DNA of 53,510 nucleotides, taken from positions 1 to 53,510 of the forward strand of contig CAYWGW010000004.1 in the NCBI GenBank assembly GCA_964457385.1, written 5' to 3'. Positions 29,561-39,741 of the stretch are shown piece by piece. Made by a program: the position numbers and the translations under genes. The first letter of the stretch is position 1; the number at the start of each line of letters is the position of its first letter. The notes under the pieces were generated by a model. The model ran no database searches. It was not told where the DNA came from and saw only the letters and a program-made list of their open reading frames with translations. The stretch comes from an uncultured Spirochaetaceae bacterium. GTDB taxonomy: Bacteria; Myxococcota_A; UBA9160; UBA4427.

Positions 29561-29609
29561 TTTGAGGATGCTGGGCACGCGCCCAGGCGAGCTCAAAGGA
29601 GGGTGGAAG

Positions 29610-30143
29610 ATCTATCGCGACATTCCGGATCCGCTGCGCGCCTTGATCGAGCCTGTCGTGGACGAGCATGGCTGTGAGCTCGTGGACCTCGAGCTGACCC
29701 GGGGCCAGGGGAGGGGTCTGCTGCGGATCATCGTCGATACGCCCGCGCTCGACGGGCGGGTTCCGATCGAGCGATGCGTGGCCATCTCGCGGGAGGTGGA
29801 GACGCTGCTCGATGCGGGAGACGTGATGTCGGGCGCCTATCAGCTCGAGGTCTCGTCGCCGGGGCTGGATCGGGTGTTGTCGAGGGAGAAGGATTTCGTG
29901 GCGGCCTGTGGTCGCGAGATCAAGCTGCGCACGAGGCGCCCGGTCGAAGGGCGCAAGCGATACCGTGGCCGACTGCTGGCCTTCGAGCAGGGCGCGTTGA
30001 GGATGGACGTCGACGGGGAAGAGGCCTTGATCCCCTTCGAAGAGGTCGAAAAGGCCAATACTCTCTATGAGTTCACGAGCGCCGACTTCGCGAAGCGAAA
30101 AGAGTCGGGGCGACGGGGCTCGAGCGAATCGGGCGGGGTGTGA
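29610..30143 (+). CDS. rimP: Ribosome maturation factor RimP (start uncertain: ATC 29610 or ATG 29568)
   Basis: LIEPVV...ELVD, LRIIVD, YQLEVSSPGLDR; first gene of the nusA operon. Confidence 0.93.
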   Translation: MYRDIPDPLRALIEPVVDEHGCELVDLELTRGQGRGLLRIIVDTPALDGRVPIERCVAISREVETLLDAGDVMSGAYQLEVSSPGLDRVLSREKDFVAACGREIKLRTRRPVEGRKRYRGRLLAFEQGALRMDVDGEEALIPFEEVEKANTLYEFTSADFAKRKESGRRGSSESGGV

Positions 30144-31585
30144 TGCTGGGATTGAATCTCAAGCGAGAGATCGATCAGATCGCCAAGGACAAGGGCATCG
30201 ATTCGAGCGAGATCACGGGTGCGCTCGAGGAGGCGATGCGTCAGGCCGCGCGCCGGCGATTCGGTCAGGACAAGGAAATCGAGGCGCGTTACAACGACGA
30301 GATCGGTGAGGTGGAGCTTTTCGAGTTCCGCGAGGTGGTCTCTGAGATCACGGATCCCGATACGCAGATCCGGATCGAGATCGCCCGACGCGACTACGAT
30401 CCCGACGTGGAAGAGGGCGACGAGATCGGGGTCAAGCTCGATACCTCGGATTTCGGGCGCATCCTCGCCCAGGCCGCCAAGCAGGTCATCATCCAGCGAA
30501 TCCGCGATGCGGAGCGGGACAATACCTTCGAGGAGTACCGGGATCGCGAGGGCGAGATCGTGAACGGCATCGTCCGCCGTTTCGAGAAGGGTGCCATCAT
30601 CGTGGATCTGGGACGGGCGGAAGCCGTGATTCCACCAAAGGAGCAGGTTCCGCGGGAGAGCTATCGCCCCGGCGATCGCGTCCGCGCCTATGTCGTCGAG
30701 GTCAGCAAGGTCGCCAAGGGACCGCAGATCGTTCTCTCCCGCGCCTCGATCGACTTCCTCGTGAAGCTCTTCGAGCAGGAAGTGCCGGAGATGTACGAGA
30801 AGATCGTGTCGATCGAGTCCGCCTCCCGCGAGCCCGGCGGGCGCTCGAAGATCGCCGTGGTCTCCCGGGACAGCGACGTCGATCCGGTTGGCGCCTGTGT
30901 CGGGATGAAGGGCAGCCGCGTGCAGGCCGTCGTCCAGGAGCTTCGCGGAGAACGCATCGACATCGTGCCCTGGAGCCCCGATCCCGCCCGCTACGTCTGT
31001 AGCGCGCTGTCGCCGGCACAGGTCTCGAAGGTGATCATCGACGAGGGACAGAAGTCGATGGATGTGATCGTCCCCGACGACCAGCTCTCGCTCGCGATCG
31101 GGCGCCGCGGTCAGAACGTACGCCTGGCAGTGCAGCTGACGGGTTGGAAGATCGACATCAAGAGCGAGACGAAGCTGCGCGAAGTCGCCGAGTGGCTCTC
31201 GCGCGCAGTTTCGGTCGTCGAGGGCTGCGGCGACCCCGAAGCGGACCTGCTGCTTCAGCAGGGCATCACCTCGCTCGAGGACCTGGCAGAGTGCGCGCCC
31301 GAGATGTTGACGGTGCTGCCGGGGATCGACGACCAGGGGGCCGCGCAGATCAAGGCCCGTGCGGGAGAGCTGGTGGCCGTCAAGCAGGTGGAAGAGGAAG
31401 AGCGGGCGCAGCGCGAGGCCGAGGCCGAGGCCCAGAGACGGGCCGAGGCAGAGGCCGAGGCATTGGCCGCCGCCGCGGCTGGACCCGAAGCGGCCGGATC
31501 CGAGGAGACCGAGGGCGCTCCGGAGGGCGGTGAGGCCCTGATGCCGCAGCCCCCGGCTGGACCGGCGGCCGGCGGCCAGGAATAG
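30143..31585 (+). CDS. nusA: Transcription termination/antitermination factor NusA
   Basis: FGRILAQAAKQVI, S1 domain, REPGGRSKIAV, GACVGMKGSRV, AIGRRGQNVRLA; ATG overlaps the rimP stop (TGATG). Confidence 0.97.
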   Translation: MLGLNLKREIDQIAKDKGIDSSEITGALEEAMRQAARRRFGQDKEIEARYNDEIGEVELFEFREVVSEITDPDTQIRIEIARRDYDPDVEEGDEIGVKLDTSDFGRILAQAAKQVIIQRIRDAERDNTFEEYRDREGEIVNGIVRRFEKGAIIVDLGRAEAVIPPKEQVPRESYRPGDRVRAYVVEVSKVAKGPQIVLSRASIDFLVKLFEQEVPEMYEKIVSIESASREPGGRSKIAVVSRDSDVDPVGACVGMKGSRVQAVVQELRGERIDIVPWSPDPARYVCSALSPAQVSKVIIDEGQKSMDVIVPDDQLSLAIGRRGQNVRLAVQLTGWKIDIKSETKLREVAEWLSRAVSVVEGCGDPEADLLLQQGITSLEDLAECAPEMLTVLPGIDDQGAAQIKARAGELVAVKQVEEEERAQREAEAEAQRRAEAEAEALAAAAAGPEAAGSEETEGAPEGGEALMPQPPAGPAAGGQE

Positions 31586-31666
31586 AACGAGAGCAACGGT
31601 TGGACGATCGAGTAATCGCCGGGCGCAAGCGCTGGCGCGAGTCCGACGGGAACGACGCAGGATTCA

Positions 31667-34177
31667 ATGGCAAAGATCAGGGCATACAAGCTCGCTGAAG
31701 AGCTCGGAATCGACCGGAACGAGTTCGTCGAGCAGGCTCGGCAACACGGGGTCGATCTGAAGAGCGCGATGGCTTCGCTCGAGGCGGACGAGGTCGAGCA
31801 GCTTCGCGAGAAGCTCGGCGGACGGGAGAAGGCCGCAGCCGCGGTCGTCGAACGTCGCCTCGAGGGCAAGGGCGGGACGACCGTCGTGCGTCGGCGACGC
31901 AAGAAGGAGCCCGAGCCGCAGGTCGAGCCCGAGCCGCAGGTCGTGAAAGAAGCGGCGGAGGCTGCCTCGGATGAGGCAGCAAAGGACGAGACGCAGCCGC
32001 TGACGGAGGAGTCCGGGGACGGCCTGCCCGCGGAGGTCGAGGAGCCGTCGACCGAGCAGGTCCCCGCCGAGGAGCCGACTCCGATCGAGCCGGTCCGCGT
32101 GCCCGGTCCCAGCTCGCCCGTCACCGGGGTACCCCCGAGTGGTCCCGCCGCCGGGCCTGCACGCGACGCACGCGGGGGGGCTGAGACCGGCGGTGACGCC
32201 GCCGCCGCGCAGCCGGACCGCAAGGGCAAGCAGCGCAAGCGCGTGCGCGAGGTCGTGAACCTGCAGGAGCAGGAGCAGTTCGCGCGCCAGATCACGAGCC
32301 GGGGTCCCGGTCCACGTCGGGCCCCGCCCGCGGCGACCCGGACGGTGGTCAATCCGCGCGCCCGCCGCCGCGACAAGCTCTCGCCGAAGCCTGCTCCCGT
32401 CACCACTCCCCAGTCACGGATGGTGAAGGTGGAGGGCGACATCAGCGTCGGAGAGCTGGCCAAGCAGGCGGGGATCAAGGCGCCGGTCATCCAGGGCAAG
32501 CTGATGGCCCTGGGCATCATGGTCTCCGTGAACCAGCGCATCAACTTCGACACCGTGATGAGGATCGCGGGCGAGATGGGATTCGAGGCCGAGGACGTGG
32601 GATTCAAGGAGGAGCAGTTCCTCGACACGATTCCGCCGGACGTCGAGGATTCCGCGAACGCCGTCACGAGAGCCCCGGTGATCACCGTGATGGGTCACGT
32701 CGATCACGGCAAGACGTCGTTGCTCGACGCGATTCGCCAGACCAAGATCAAGGTCGTCGAGGGCGAGGCCGGCGGGATCACCCAGCATGTCGGCGCCTAT
32801 CAGGTCGAGGCCAGAGGACATCGTCTGACCTTCATCGACACCCCCGGCCATGCGGCCTTCACGGCGATGCGCGCGCGGGGCGCGGCAGTGACGGATCTCG
32901 TCGTGCTCGTGATTGCGGCCACCGAGGGCGTGATGCCCCAGACCGTCGAGGCGATCGAGCACGCCCGGGCGGCCGGTTGCCCGATCGTGGTGGCGATCAA
33001 CAAATGCGATCTGCCCGAGGCGGATCCCGAGAAGGCCCGCCAGCGATTGATGGAACACAATCTCGTGCCCGAGGAGTTCGGCGGCGACGTGATCTGCGTC
33101 AACGTGTCGGCCAAGACGGGCGAGGGCATCGATCAGCTGCTCGAGATGCTCTCACTGCAATCCGAACTGCTGGAGCTGAGGGCCGATCCGGCGAAGCGGG
33201 CCAGCGGCGCCGTGCTCGAGGCTCGTCTCGACAAGGGCCGCGGCCCGGTCGCGACCGTGATCGTGCAGGACGGCACGCTGAAGAGTGGCGACAGCATCGT
33301 GGTCGGGACCGAATGGGGTCGCGTGCGACAGATGCAGGACGATCTCGGCCGGCGGGTGAAGGAGGCCGGCCCCTCGATGCCGGTCCAGATCATGGGCCTC
33401 TCCGGCCTGCCGCCGGCGGGCGCCTCCTTCCACGTGGTCGAAAGTGACCGCGTCGCCAAGCAGATCGTCGATCATCGCGAGGATCAGGAGCGCGGCCAGG
33501 TCGCGCCCCCGAAGCCGCGACTCACACTCGAGGAGTTCTACGCGCAGTCCGCGGGCGAGGGGCCCAAGGAGCTCTCGATCGTGCTGAAGGCCGACGTGCA
33601 GGGAACCTGCGAGGCCACCGCCGACGCGCTGGAGAAGCTGTCGACGGAGGAGGTGACGCTCCGGGTCCTCTCCTCGGGCGTCGGTGCGATCACCGAGAAC
33701 GACGTCAATCTGGCAGCCGCCAGTGGCGCGATCATCGTCGGGTTCAACGTCCGCCCGGATCCGACGGCGCGCCGCCAGGCCGATTCGGACGGTGTCGAGA
33801 TCCGGACCTACTCGATCATCATGCACATGCTCGACGACGTGAAGGCGGCGATGGCCGGTTTGTTGCCGCCGGTGGTCAGCGAGAATTTCCTGGGTCGGGC
33901 GGAGATCCGCGAGACCTTCACGATTCCGAAGGTCGGCACGATCGCGGGTTGCTCCGTCCTCGAGGGCAAGATCGTGCGCCATGCCCATTGTCGGGTCGTC
34001 CGCGACGGAATCCAGGTCTACCAGGGGACGATCGGCTCGTTGCGTCGCTTCAAGGATGACGTCAAGCAGGTCACGAATGGAATGGAATGCGGTATCGGCG
34101 TGGCCCACTTCAACGACGTGAAGATCGGAGACGTGATCGAGGCCTACGAGCTCGAGAGTCGGCCGGCCGAGCTCTGA
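31667..34177 (+). CDS. infB: Translation initiation factor IF-2
   Basis: [38 protein letters not shown]. Confidence 0.98.
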   Translation: MAKIRAYKLAEELGIDRNEFVEQARQHGVDLKSAMASLEADEVEQLREKLGGREKAAAAVVERRLEGKGGTTVVRRRRKKEPEPQVEPEPQVVKEAAEAASDEAAKDETQPLTEESGDGLPAEVEEPSTEQVPAEEPTPIEPVRVPGPSSPVTGVPPSGPAAGPARDARGGAETGGDAAAAQPDRKGKQRKRVREVVNLQEQEQFARQITSRGPGPRRAPPAATRTVVNPRARRRDKLSPKPAPVTTPQSRMVKVEGDISVGELAKQAGIKAPVIQGKLMALGIMVSVNQRINFDTVMRIAGEMGFEAEDVGFKEEQFLDTIPPDVEDSANAVTRAPVITVMGHVDHGKTSLLDAIRQTKIKVVEGEAGGITQHVGAYQVEARGHRLTFIDTPGHAAFTAMRARGAAVTDLVVLVIAATEGVMPQTVEAIEHARAAGCPIVVAINKCDLPEADPEKARQRLMEHNLVPEEFGGDVICVNVSAKTGEGIDQLLEMLSLQSELLELRADPAKRASGAVLEARLDKGRGPVATVIVQDGTLKSGDSIVVGTEWGRVRQMQDDLGRRVKEAGPSMPVQIMGLSGLPPAGASFHVVESDRVAKQIVDHREDQERGQVAPPKPRLTLEEFYAQSAGEGPKELSIVLKADVQGTCEATADALEKLSTEEVTLRVLSSGVGAITENDVNLAAASGAIIVGFNVRPDPTARRQADSDGVEIRTYSIIMHMLDDVKAAMAGLLPPVVSENFLGRAEIRETFTIPKVGTIAGCSVLEGKIVRHAHCRVVRDGIQVYQGTIGSLRRFKDDVKQVTNGMECGIGVAHFNDVKIGDVIEAYELESRPAEL
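31907..31942. repeat. In-frame 18-bp tandem duplication in the IF-2 N-terminal region (EPEPQV x2)
   Basis: GAGCCCGAGCCGCAGGTC repeated exactly. Confidence 0.85.
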
Positions 34178-34232
34178 GGATCGCAGCCGGCCTGCCCAGC
34201 GCCCGCGCCGGTGACCGTTCGCGGAGGACGAC

Positions 34233-34646
34233 ATGATCGTCGGTGCCGCCGTGATCGAGCTTCGGATCCACGACTCGCGATCCCTGAAGGCCAAACGGGG
34301 CGTGGTGCGCTCGATTCTGGGACGAGTGCGGTCCCGGTTCAACGTCTCGGTCAGCGAGGTCGGGGGACAGGGCACCTGGCAGCGGGCGGTGATCGGACTC
34401 TCGATGACCGGCGCGGAGGAGGTTCCGCTGCGAAGAGCGCTCGAAGGGGCCGTTCGATTCGTGGAGACGACCCATCTGGCAGAGGTGGTGGGATCGGAGG
34501 TGGAGATGATCCGGCTACCCCTGGTGGAGGAGCAGGCTCTCGGGGAGGAGCAGAGAGAAACGAACGGGGACGAGGACGACGACCTGCCCTGGGTACGACG
34601 ATCCGAGGCCGAGTCGGGCGGGACGCCCGGAAACGAACAGGAGTAA
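34233..34646 (+). CDS. DUF503 (YlxP) family protein
   Basis: MIVGAAVIELRI..SRSLKAKR.VV....RFNVSVSEV...WQRA; conserved position after infB. Confidence 0.9.
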   Translation: MIVGAAVIELRIHDSRSLKAKRGVVRSILGRVRSRFNVSVSEVGGQGTWQRAVIGLSMTGAEEVPLRRALEGAVRFVETTHLAEVVGSEVEMIRLPLVEEQALGEEQRETNGDEDDDLPWVRRSEAESGGTPGNEQE

Positions 34647-34650
34647 TGCG

Positions 34651-35145
34651 GTGGCCGACTCGGTGCGCGTCCGTAGGGTCGCGGAGCAGATCCGGGCGGA
34701 GTTGTCGCAGATCCTGCGCGAGGAGGTGCGCGACCCCCGCGTCGGCCTGCTCACGATCACGCGGGTGAAGCTCGCCTCGGACTTCGGAGCGGCGACCATC
34801 TTCGTGAGCCCGCTCGGCGAGGATCCCGATCCGGCCCGGGAGCGCGAGCTCGAGCAGGCGATGTCGGCGGTGGCCGGCTTTGCCCGGCGGCTGCTAGCCC
34901 GCCGGATGAAGCTTCGACACACCCCCGTGCTGCGCTTCATCCTCGATGATTCGATTGCAGAGGGCAGCCAGACCCTGGCCCTGATCCGATCGCTCGACGT
35001 GAAGCCGGAGCCGCCTCCTCCCGACGACGGGGGCGAAGGCGGGCGGGAAGAGGCCGCTCGCGCGACGAGCCGGGAAGAACGGACCGAAGAAGAACGGACC
35101 GAAGAAGAACGGGAGGAAGATGACGAGACGGAATCAGAGACGTAG
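34651..35145 (+). CDS. rbfA: 30S ribosome-binding factor RbfA
   Basis: RVAEQIR, VRDPRV, LRHTPVLRF..DDS; acidic tail containing a 15-bp repeat (35074-35112). Confidence 0.94.
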   Translation: MADSVRVRRVAEQIRAELSQILREEVRDPRVGLLTITRVKLASDFGAATIFVSPLGEDPDPARERELEQAMSAVAGFARRLLARRMKLRHTPVLRFILDDSIAEGSQTLALIRSLDVKPEPPPPDDGGEGGREEAARATSREERTEEERTEEEREEDDETESET

Positions 35146-36064
35146 GCCCGCCGAGCCGGCCGGGCCCGCGGGCTTCCTCGTCGTCGACAAGCCGGCGGGG
35201 CAGACCTCCCACGATGTCGTGGATGCGGCGCGTCGCTGGCTCGGGACGCGTCGGGTGGGCCATCTGGGGACGCTCGATCCCCAGGCGACGGGGGTACTGC
35301 CGCTCGCCGTGCGCAGCGCCACCAAGCTGATTCCCTTCCTCGAGGGCGGCGTGAAGGAGTACGACGGCACGATCGTGCTCGGCTCCGAGACCGATACGCT
35401 CGATCGAGAGGGCACCGTCACCGTCCGCAGCGACGGGCCGCTGCCGGATCGGCCGGAGATCGAGAAGGCGATGGAGGCGTTCCTCGGCGACGTCCAGCAG
35501 ACCCCTCCGATGTACAGCGCCGTCAAGCAGAACGGAGTCCCGCTCCATCGTCTCGCCCGGCAGGGTCAGGAGGTGGAGCGCGAGCCCAAGTGGGTCGTGA
35601 TCCACCGCTTCGAGTGCACGCGCTATGAGCCCCCGGAGCTCGATGTCACGGTGGCCTGCAGTCCGGGGACCTACGTCCGCGTGCTGGCAGAGGATCTCGG
35701 TCGGGCGCTCGGCTGCGGAGCCCATCTCGGTCCGCTCCGGCGCACCCGCAGCGGCGTCTTCCTGTCGAATCGGGCTCATTCCTTCGAGGCCCTCGAACGA
35801 GCAGCGGAGACAGGGGAAATCGCGGCGTGGCTGATGTCCCCGGTCGATGTGTTGGGATTTCCCTCCCTCGAGCTTTCCCGAGATCAGCAGCGCCGGGTGC
35901 GGGACGGCGGGGACCTGCCCGCCGGAGCGTTGGACCGCCTTGCCCCGGGCTCGCGAGTCTCGCTCCTGGGCCAGCAGGGTGAGCTGTTGGCCGTGGCCGA
36001 ACTGCGTTCCGATCATCGGCTTCAGCCGATCCGGGTGTTGCCGGACGAGCCTCGGGGCCGCTGA
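35120..36064 (+). CDS. truB: tRNA pseudouridine(55) synthase TruB
   Basis: VDKP, GHLGTLDP, QTPPMYSAVK, GTYVR, LRRTRSG. Confidence 0.96.
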   Translation: MTRRNQRRRPAEPAGPAGFLVVDKPAGQTSHDVVDAARRWLGTRRVGHLGTLDPQATGVLPLAVRSATKLIPFLEGGVKEYDGTIVLGSETDTLDREGTVTVRSDGPLPDRPEIEKAMEAFLGDVQQTPPMYSAVKQNGVPLHRLARQGQEVEREPKWVVIHRFECTRYEPPELDVTVACSPGTYVRVLAEDLGRALGCGAHLGPLRRTRSGVFLSNRAHSFEALERAAETGEIAAWLMSPVDVLGFPSLELSRDQQRRVRDGGDLPAGALDRLAPGSRVSLLGQQGELLAVAELRSDHRLQPIRVLPDEPRGR

Positions 36065-36090
36065 TTCTCCAGAAACCCTTGGGGCGAGCG

Positions 36091-36119
36091 TTGCCAGGGG
36101 CAGATGCCTCTGGCACAAT
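36091..36119 (+). promoter_or_regulatory. Putative sigma70 promoter for rpsO-pnp
   Basis: TTGCCA-17 nt-CACAAT with an extended -10 TG; flanked by direct repeats ATGCCTCTGG (36104 and 36118). Confidence 0.6.
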
Positions 36120-36154
36120 GCCTCTGGTCGAAACAAGAACGAAAACGATAACGA

Positions 36155-36318
36155 GTCGCTTCTTCTTCGCGAAGCTTGCGTGACCGTGGTGGAAAACCGT
36201 GGTGGAAATCAGTCGGCTGGCGCCTGCCAACAGGTGAGCTGGCCGACGATTCAGCCAGGATCGCAACGGCAGGCAAGCCGGTTCAAGCAAGCAACAGCAA
36301 TTCGAAGAAGCAAGCGAC
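36155..36318 (+). ncRNA. Putative structured rpsO 5' leader (candidate S15 autoregulatory RNA)
   Basis: Closing helix GTCGCTTCTTCTTCG (36155-36169) pairs with CGAAGAAG(C)AAGCGAC (36303-36318). Nested GCTTGC/GCAAGC and TGACCG/CGGTTCA helices enclose several hairpins. Pairings were assigned by eye. Confidence 0.55.
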
Positions 36319-36343
36319 AGAAAGTCATCCAGGAGTCACGTAC

Positions 36344-36610
36344 TTGATCTCTGCAGCAGAAAAGGCGGAAATCATCGGATCCCATCGGCGCGGCGAGCAG
36401 GATACCGGCTCTCCGGAGGTGCAGATCTCCCTGCTCACGGCGCGCATCGTCGGGCTCCAGGAGCATTTCAGGATCAACGCGAAGGATCATCACTCGCGCC
36501 GCGGTCTGCTGAAGATCGTGAGTCAGCGTCGCCGCCTGCTGGACTACCTCAAGCGAAAAGACGTCGATCGCTATCGCGAGCTGATCACGAAGCTTGGTCT
36601 TCGTCGTTAG
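36344..36610 (+). CDS. rpsO: 30S ribosomal protein S15
   Basis: [33 protein letters not shown]; TTG start 8 nt after AGGAG. Confidence 0.97.
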   Translation: MISAAEKAEIIGSHRRGEQDTGSPEVQISLLTARIVGLQEHFRINAKDHHSRRGLLKIVSQRRRLLDYLKRKDVDRYRELITKLGLRR

Positions 36611-36810
36611 TCGTTCTCGACGACCGTTTGAATCCACGTCTCGCCACGATCCGGGTCCCAACTTCCCGCGTCGTTGCGAGGCCCGAACCGCCACCCCCTG
36701 ATACTCCCCTCGTAGTGTGCGAGGGACCGCTCGATCCAATCCGAAACAGGAGGGTCGATCGGCTCGTCGGGTGGCACGAAAGCCGGCCTGCACCCCGCGG
36801 TGCCCCGTGG

Positions 36811-36869
36811 AATGCGGGAGTCGGCCATACGCGAACTCCCCCCACTTCGCGCATGGGTGATCCTGCATT
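36811..36869 (+). promoter_or_regulatory. Long irregular hairpin in the pnp leader (candidate RNase III site)
   Basis: AATGCGGGA/TCCTGCATT, TCG/TGA, CCAT/ATGG and CGCGAA/TTCGCG stack into an ~22-bp stem. Confidence 0.5.
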
Positions 36870-36952
36870 TCTCGAGAGCATCTGCTCGAGCAGGCCTCCG
36901 TCTGCATCGGCCTCAACGCGCCCTCTCGGGTCCGGCCGATGAGGAGAATTCA

Positions 36953-39154
36953 ATGCCCTATTGGTTCGAACCGACCTCCGTCTCCGTCGAAATCGGCGGA
37001 CGCACCATGACCATCCAGACCGGCAAGCTCGCCAAGCAGGCAGCAGGCTCCGTCGTCGTCACCTTTGGCGACACGGTGGTTCTGGTAACCGCCGTGCGAT
37101 CTGCCCCGCGACCGGGGCTGGGTTTCTTTCCGCTCACCGTGGACTTTGTGGAGAAGTACGCGGCGGCAGGCAAGATCCCCGGCGGCTTCTTCAAGCGGGA
37201 GGGCCGCCTCTCGGATCGCGAGGTCCTGGTCTCCCGCTTCATCGATCGCTCGATCCGACCGCTCTTCGCCGCCGGCTACGCCGACGAGACACAGGTCACG
37301 GCGACCGTCCTCTCGTCGGATCCCAGCCATCCGGAGGACATGTGTGCCTTCGTCGGAGCCTCGGCGGCCCTGTCGCTCTCGGAGATGCCCTTCCTCGGTC
37401 CGATCGCGGCCGTCCGGGTCGGACGCATCGACGGTGAGTACATGATCAATCCGACGCCCCAGGATCTCGAGACCAGTGATCTCGATCTCATCGTGGCGGG
37501 CTCCAAGGGCTCGATCGTGATGGTCGAGGGTGGGGCCGATCAGGTTGCGGAAGACGAGATGCTCGCGGCGCTCAAGTACGCCCATGACGCGCTGCAGCCG
37601 ATCATCGAGGCGATCTCGACGCTGCAGGCAAAGGTCGGCAAGGAGAAGATCGTGCCCCCGACGCCAGCGGACCGGGGTGCGCTCGAGAAGCGGATCCAGT
37701 CGTTGGCCGGGGATCGCCTCGCCGAGGCGCTTCAGACGAGGGAGAAGAAGGCCCGCAGTAGCGCCGTCAAGGCGATCGAGAAAGAGGTCCGGGATCAGAT
37801 CCTCGAGGAGTATCGCAACGAGGCGATCGAGGTGAAGAGCCTGGCCGACTTCGAAAGCCGCTCGAACGGTTTGCGACAGCTGCAGTCGGACGTCAATGAC
37901 ATCCTGCACGACCTCGGCGGCTCGATCATGCGAGAGCGCGTGCTGGCCACCGGGGAGCGCATCGATGGTCGGAAGAGCGACGAGATCCGACCGATTGCCT
38001 GCGAGGTTCGTCCCTTCCCGCGGCCTCATGGTGTCGCGCTCTTCACGCGAGGAGAGACCCAGGCGGTCGTGTCCGCGACCCTGGGTAGCGGCTTCGACGA
38101 GCAGACGATCGATGCGATGGGAGGGCGTTGGAGGAAGAGCTTCATGCTCCACTACAACTTCCCGCCCTTCTCCGTCGGAGAGGCCAAGCCGCTTCGGGGC
38201 CCGGGTCGCCGAGAGGTCGGACACGGGACGTTGGCGGAGCGGGCGATCACGCCCGTGCTGCCGGATCGGGAGGATTTTCCCTACACGATCCGAGTCGTCT
38301 CGGAGACGCTCGAGTCGAATGGGTCCTCGTCGATGGCGGCGGTCTGCGGCTCGACACTCGCGTTGCTCGACTCCGGGACCCCCTTGAAGGCACCGGTGGC
38401 GGGCATCGCCATGGGTCTCATCACCGATGGCGATCGGACGGCGATCCTCTCGGACATCCTCGGTGACGAGGACCATCTCGGCGACATGGACTTCAAGGTC
38501 GCTGGCTCGAGTGCGGGTGTGACGGCCATCCAGATGGACATCAAGGTCACCGAGATCGACTGGAACGTCATGGAGAAGGCCCTCGCGCAGGCGCGCCAGG
38601 GGCGGCTCCACATCCTCGACTGCATGCGGAAAGAGACCGCTGAGCAGCTTCCGGATCTACTGCCGCGAGAGGCGCTGCACGATTTCGCACCTCGGATGGA
38701 GACGATGTTGGTCAAGCCCGACCGGATTCGCGACATCATCGGGCCTGGGGGCAAGGTGATCCGGGCGATCCAGGAGACCACCGGCGCCAAGATCGACGTC
38801 GAGGATTCCGGCAAGGTCTCGGTCTTCGGACCCGACGGTGCGTCGGTGCAGCAGGCCATGGCGATGGTCAACGAGCTGACCCAGGAGGCGGAGATCGGAA
38901 GGATCTATCTCGCCAAGGTGAAGCGCGTGGTGGATTTCGGAGCCTTCGCCGAGATCTTTCCGGGCACCGATGGCTTGATCCACATCAGCCATCTCGCCGC
39001 GGGCCGCGTCGACAAGGTGACCGATGTCGTCGAGGAGGGCGACGAGGTCCTGGCGAAATGCATCGACATCGATCCCTCCGGCCGGATCCGCCTGTCGCGC
39101 AAGGAAGCGCTCGCCGATCAGATGGCAGACGCCGAAGCCGGCGACGCGGACTGA
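36953..39154 (+). CDS. pnp: Polyribonucleotide nucleotidyltransferase (PNPase)
   Basis: [42 protein letters not shown] and S1 domains; SD GAGGAG. Confidence 0.98.
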   Translation: MPYWFEPTSVSVEIGGRTMTIQTGKLAKQAAGSVVVTFGDTVVLVTAVRSAPRPGLGFFPLTVDFVEKYAAAGKIPGGFFKREGRLSDREVLVSRFIDRSIRPLFAAGYADETQVTATVLSSDPSHPEDMCAFVGASAALSLSEMPFLGPIAAVRVGRIDGEYMINPTPQDLETSDLDLIVAGSKGSIVMVEGGADQVAEDEMLAALKYAHDALQPIIEAISTLQAKVGKEKIVPPTPADRGALEKRIQSLAGDRLAEALQTREKKARSSAVKAIEKEVRDQILEEYRNEAIEVKSLADFESRSNGLRQLQSDVNDILHDLGGSIMRERVLATGERIDGRKSDEIRPIACEVRPFPRPHGVALFTRGETQAVVSATLGSGFDEQTIDAMGGRWRKSFMLHYNFPPFSVGEAKPLRGPGRREVGHGTLAERAITPVLPDREDFPYTIRVVSETLESNGSSSMAAVCGSTLALLDSGTPLKAPVAGIAMGLITDGDRTAILSDILGDEDHLGDMDFKVAGSSAGVTAIQMDIKVTEIDWNVMEKALAQARQGRLHILDCMRKETAEQLPDLLPREALHDFAPRMETMLVKPDRIRDIIGPGGKVIRAIQETTGAKIDVEDSGKVSVFGPDGASVQQAMAMVNELTQEAEIGRIYLAKVKRVVDFGAFAEIFPGTDGLIHISHLAAGRVDKVTDVVEEGDEVLAKCIDIDPSGRIRLSRKEALADQMADAEAGDAD

Positions 39155-39176
39155 ACTCTTGCGCGAGTCCTCTCGC

Positions 39177-39716
39177 ATGGACGAGCGCGAGGAAGCCGAT
39201 GGCGGCGACGCGCACGCGGGTGGATCTTCACCCGCGTGCGCGCTGCCGTCCTCCGATGGACGTCTACTCCGGGTCGCGGTGGAGATCCTCCAGGAGCCTC
39301 ATGCGAAGGGGCTGCCGCTGCCTGCAGTCACCACGGAGGGCGCCGCTGGACTGGATCTGCGCGCCGCTCTCGCAGCTCCCCTACGGCTGAGACCCGGTGA
39401 GCGCAGCCTCGTGCCGACCGGTCTGCGCATCGCGCTGCCCCTTGGATACGAAGGCCAGATCCGCCCCCGCAGTGGACTGGCGCTGCGACATGGCATACTC
39501 GTTCCGAACTCGCCGGGTACCATCGACTCGGACTATCGGGGGGAGATCCAGGTGATCCTGATGAATTCAGGGGAGGCCGACTTCGAGATCCAGCGCGGGG
39601 ATCGCATCGCGCAACTCGTGGTCGCACCCGTGGTGCGACCGGATTGGGTCGAGGTCGAGCGCCTGAGTCCGACCGCCCGGGGTGTCGGCGGCTTCGGCCA
39701 TACGGGACGCAGCTGA
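39177..39716 (+). CDS. dut: dUTP diphosphatase
   Basis: [36 protein letters not shown]; start uncertain. Confidence 0.95.
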   Translation: MDEREEADGGDAHAGGSSPACALPSSDGRLLRVAVEILQEPHAKGLPLPAVTTEGAAGLDLRAALAAPLRLRPGERSLVPTGLRIALPLGYEGQIRPRSGLALRHGILVPNSPGTIDSDYRGEIQVILMNSGEADFEIQRGDRIAQLVVAPVVRPDWVEVERLSPTARGVGGFGHTGRS

Positions 39717-39741
39717 GCCGGTGGCTGGCTCCGAGGCCGGG

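Noticed and set aside
36111-36127. Sigma54 promoter at TGGCAC
   Set aside because: The -12 TTGC element is missing at the required spacing; the region fits a sigma70 promoter better.
36183-36208. Direct repeats considered as a CRISPR array or iterons
   Set aside because: Only two adjacent 13-bp copies, with no spacers and no cas or rep genes.
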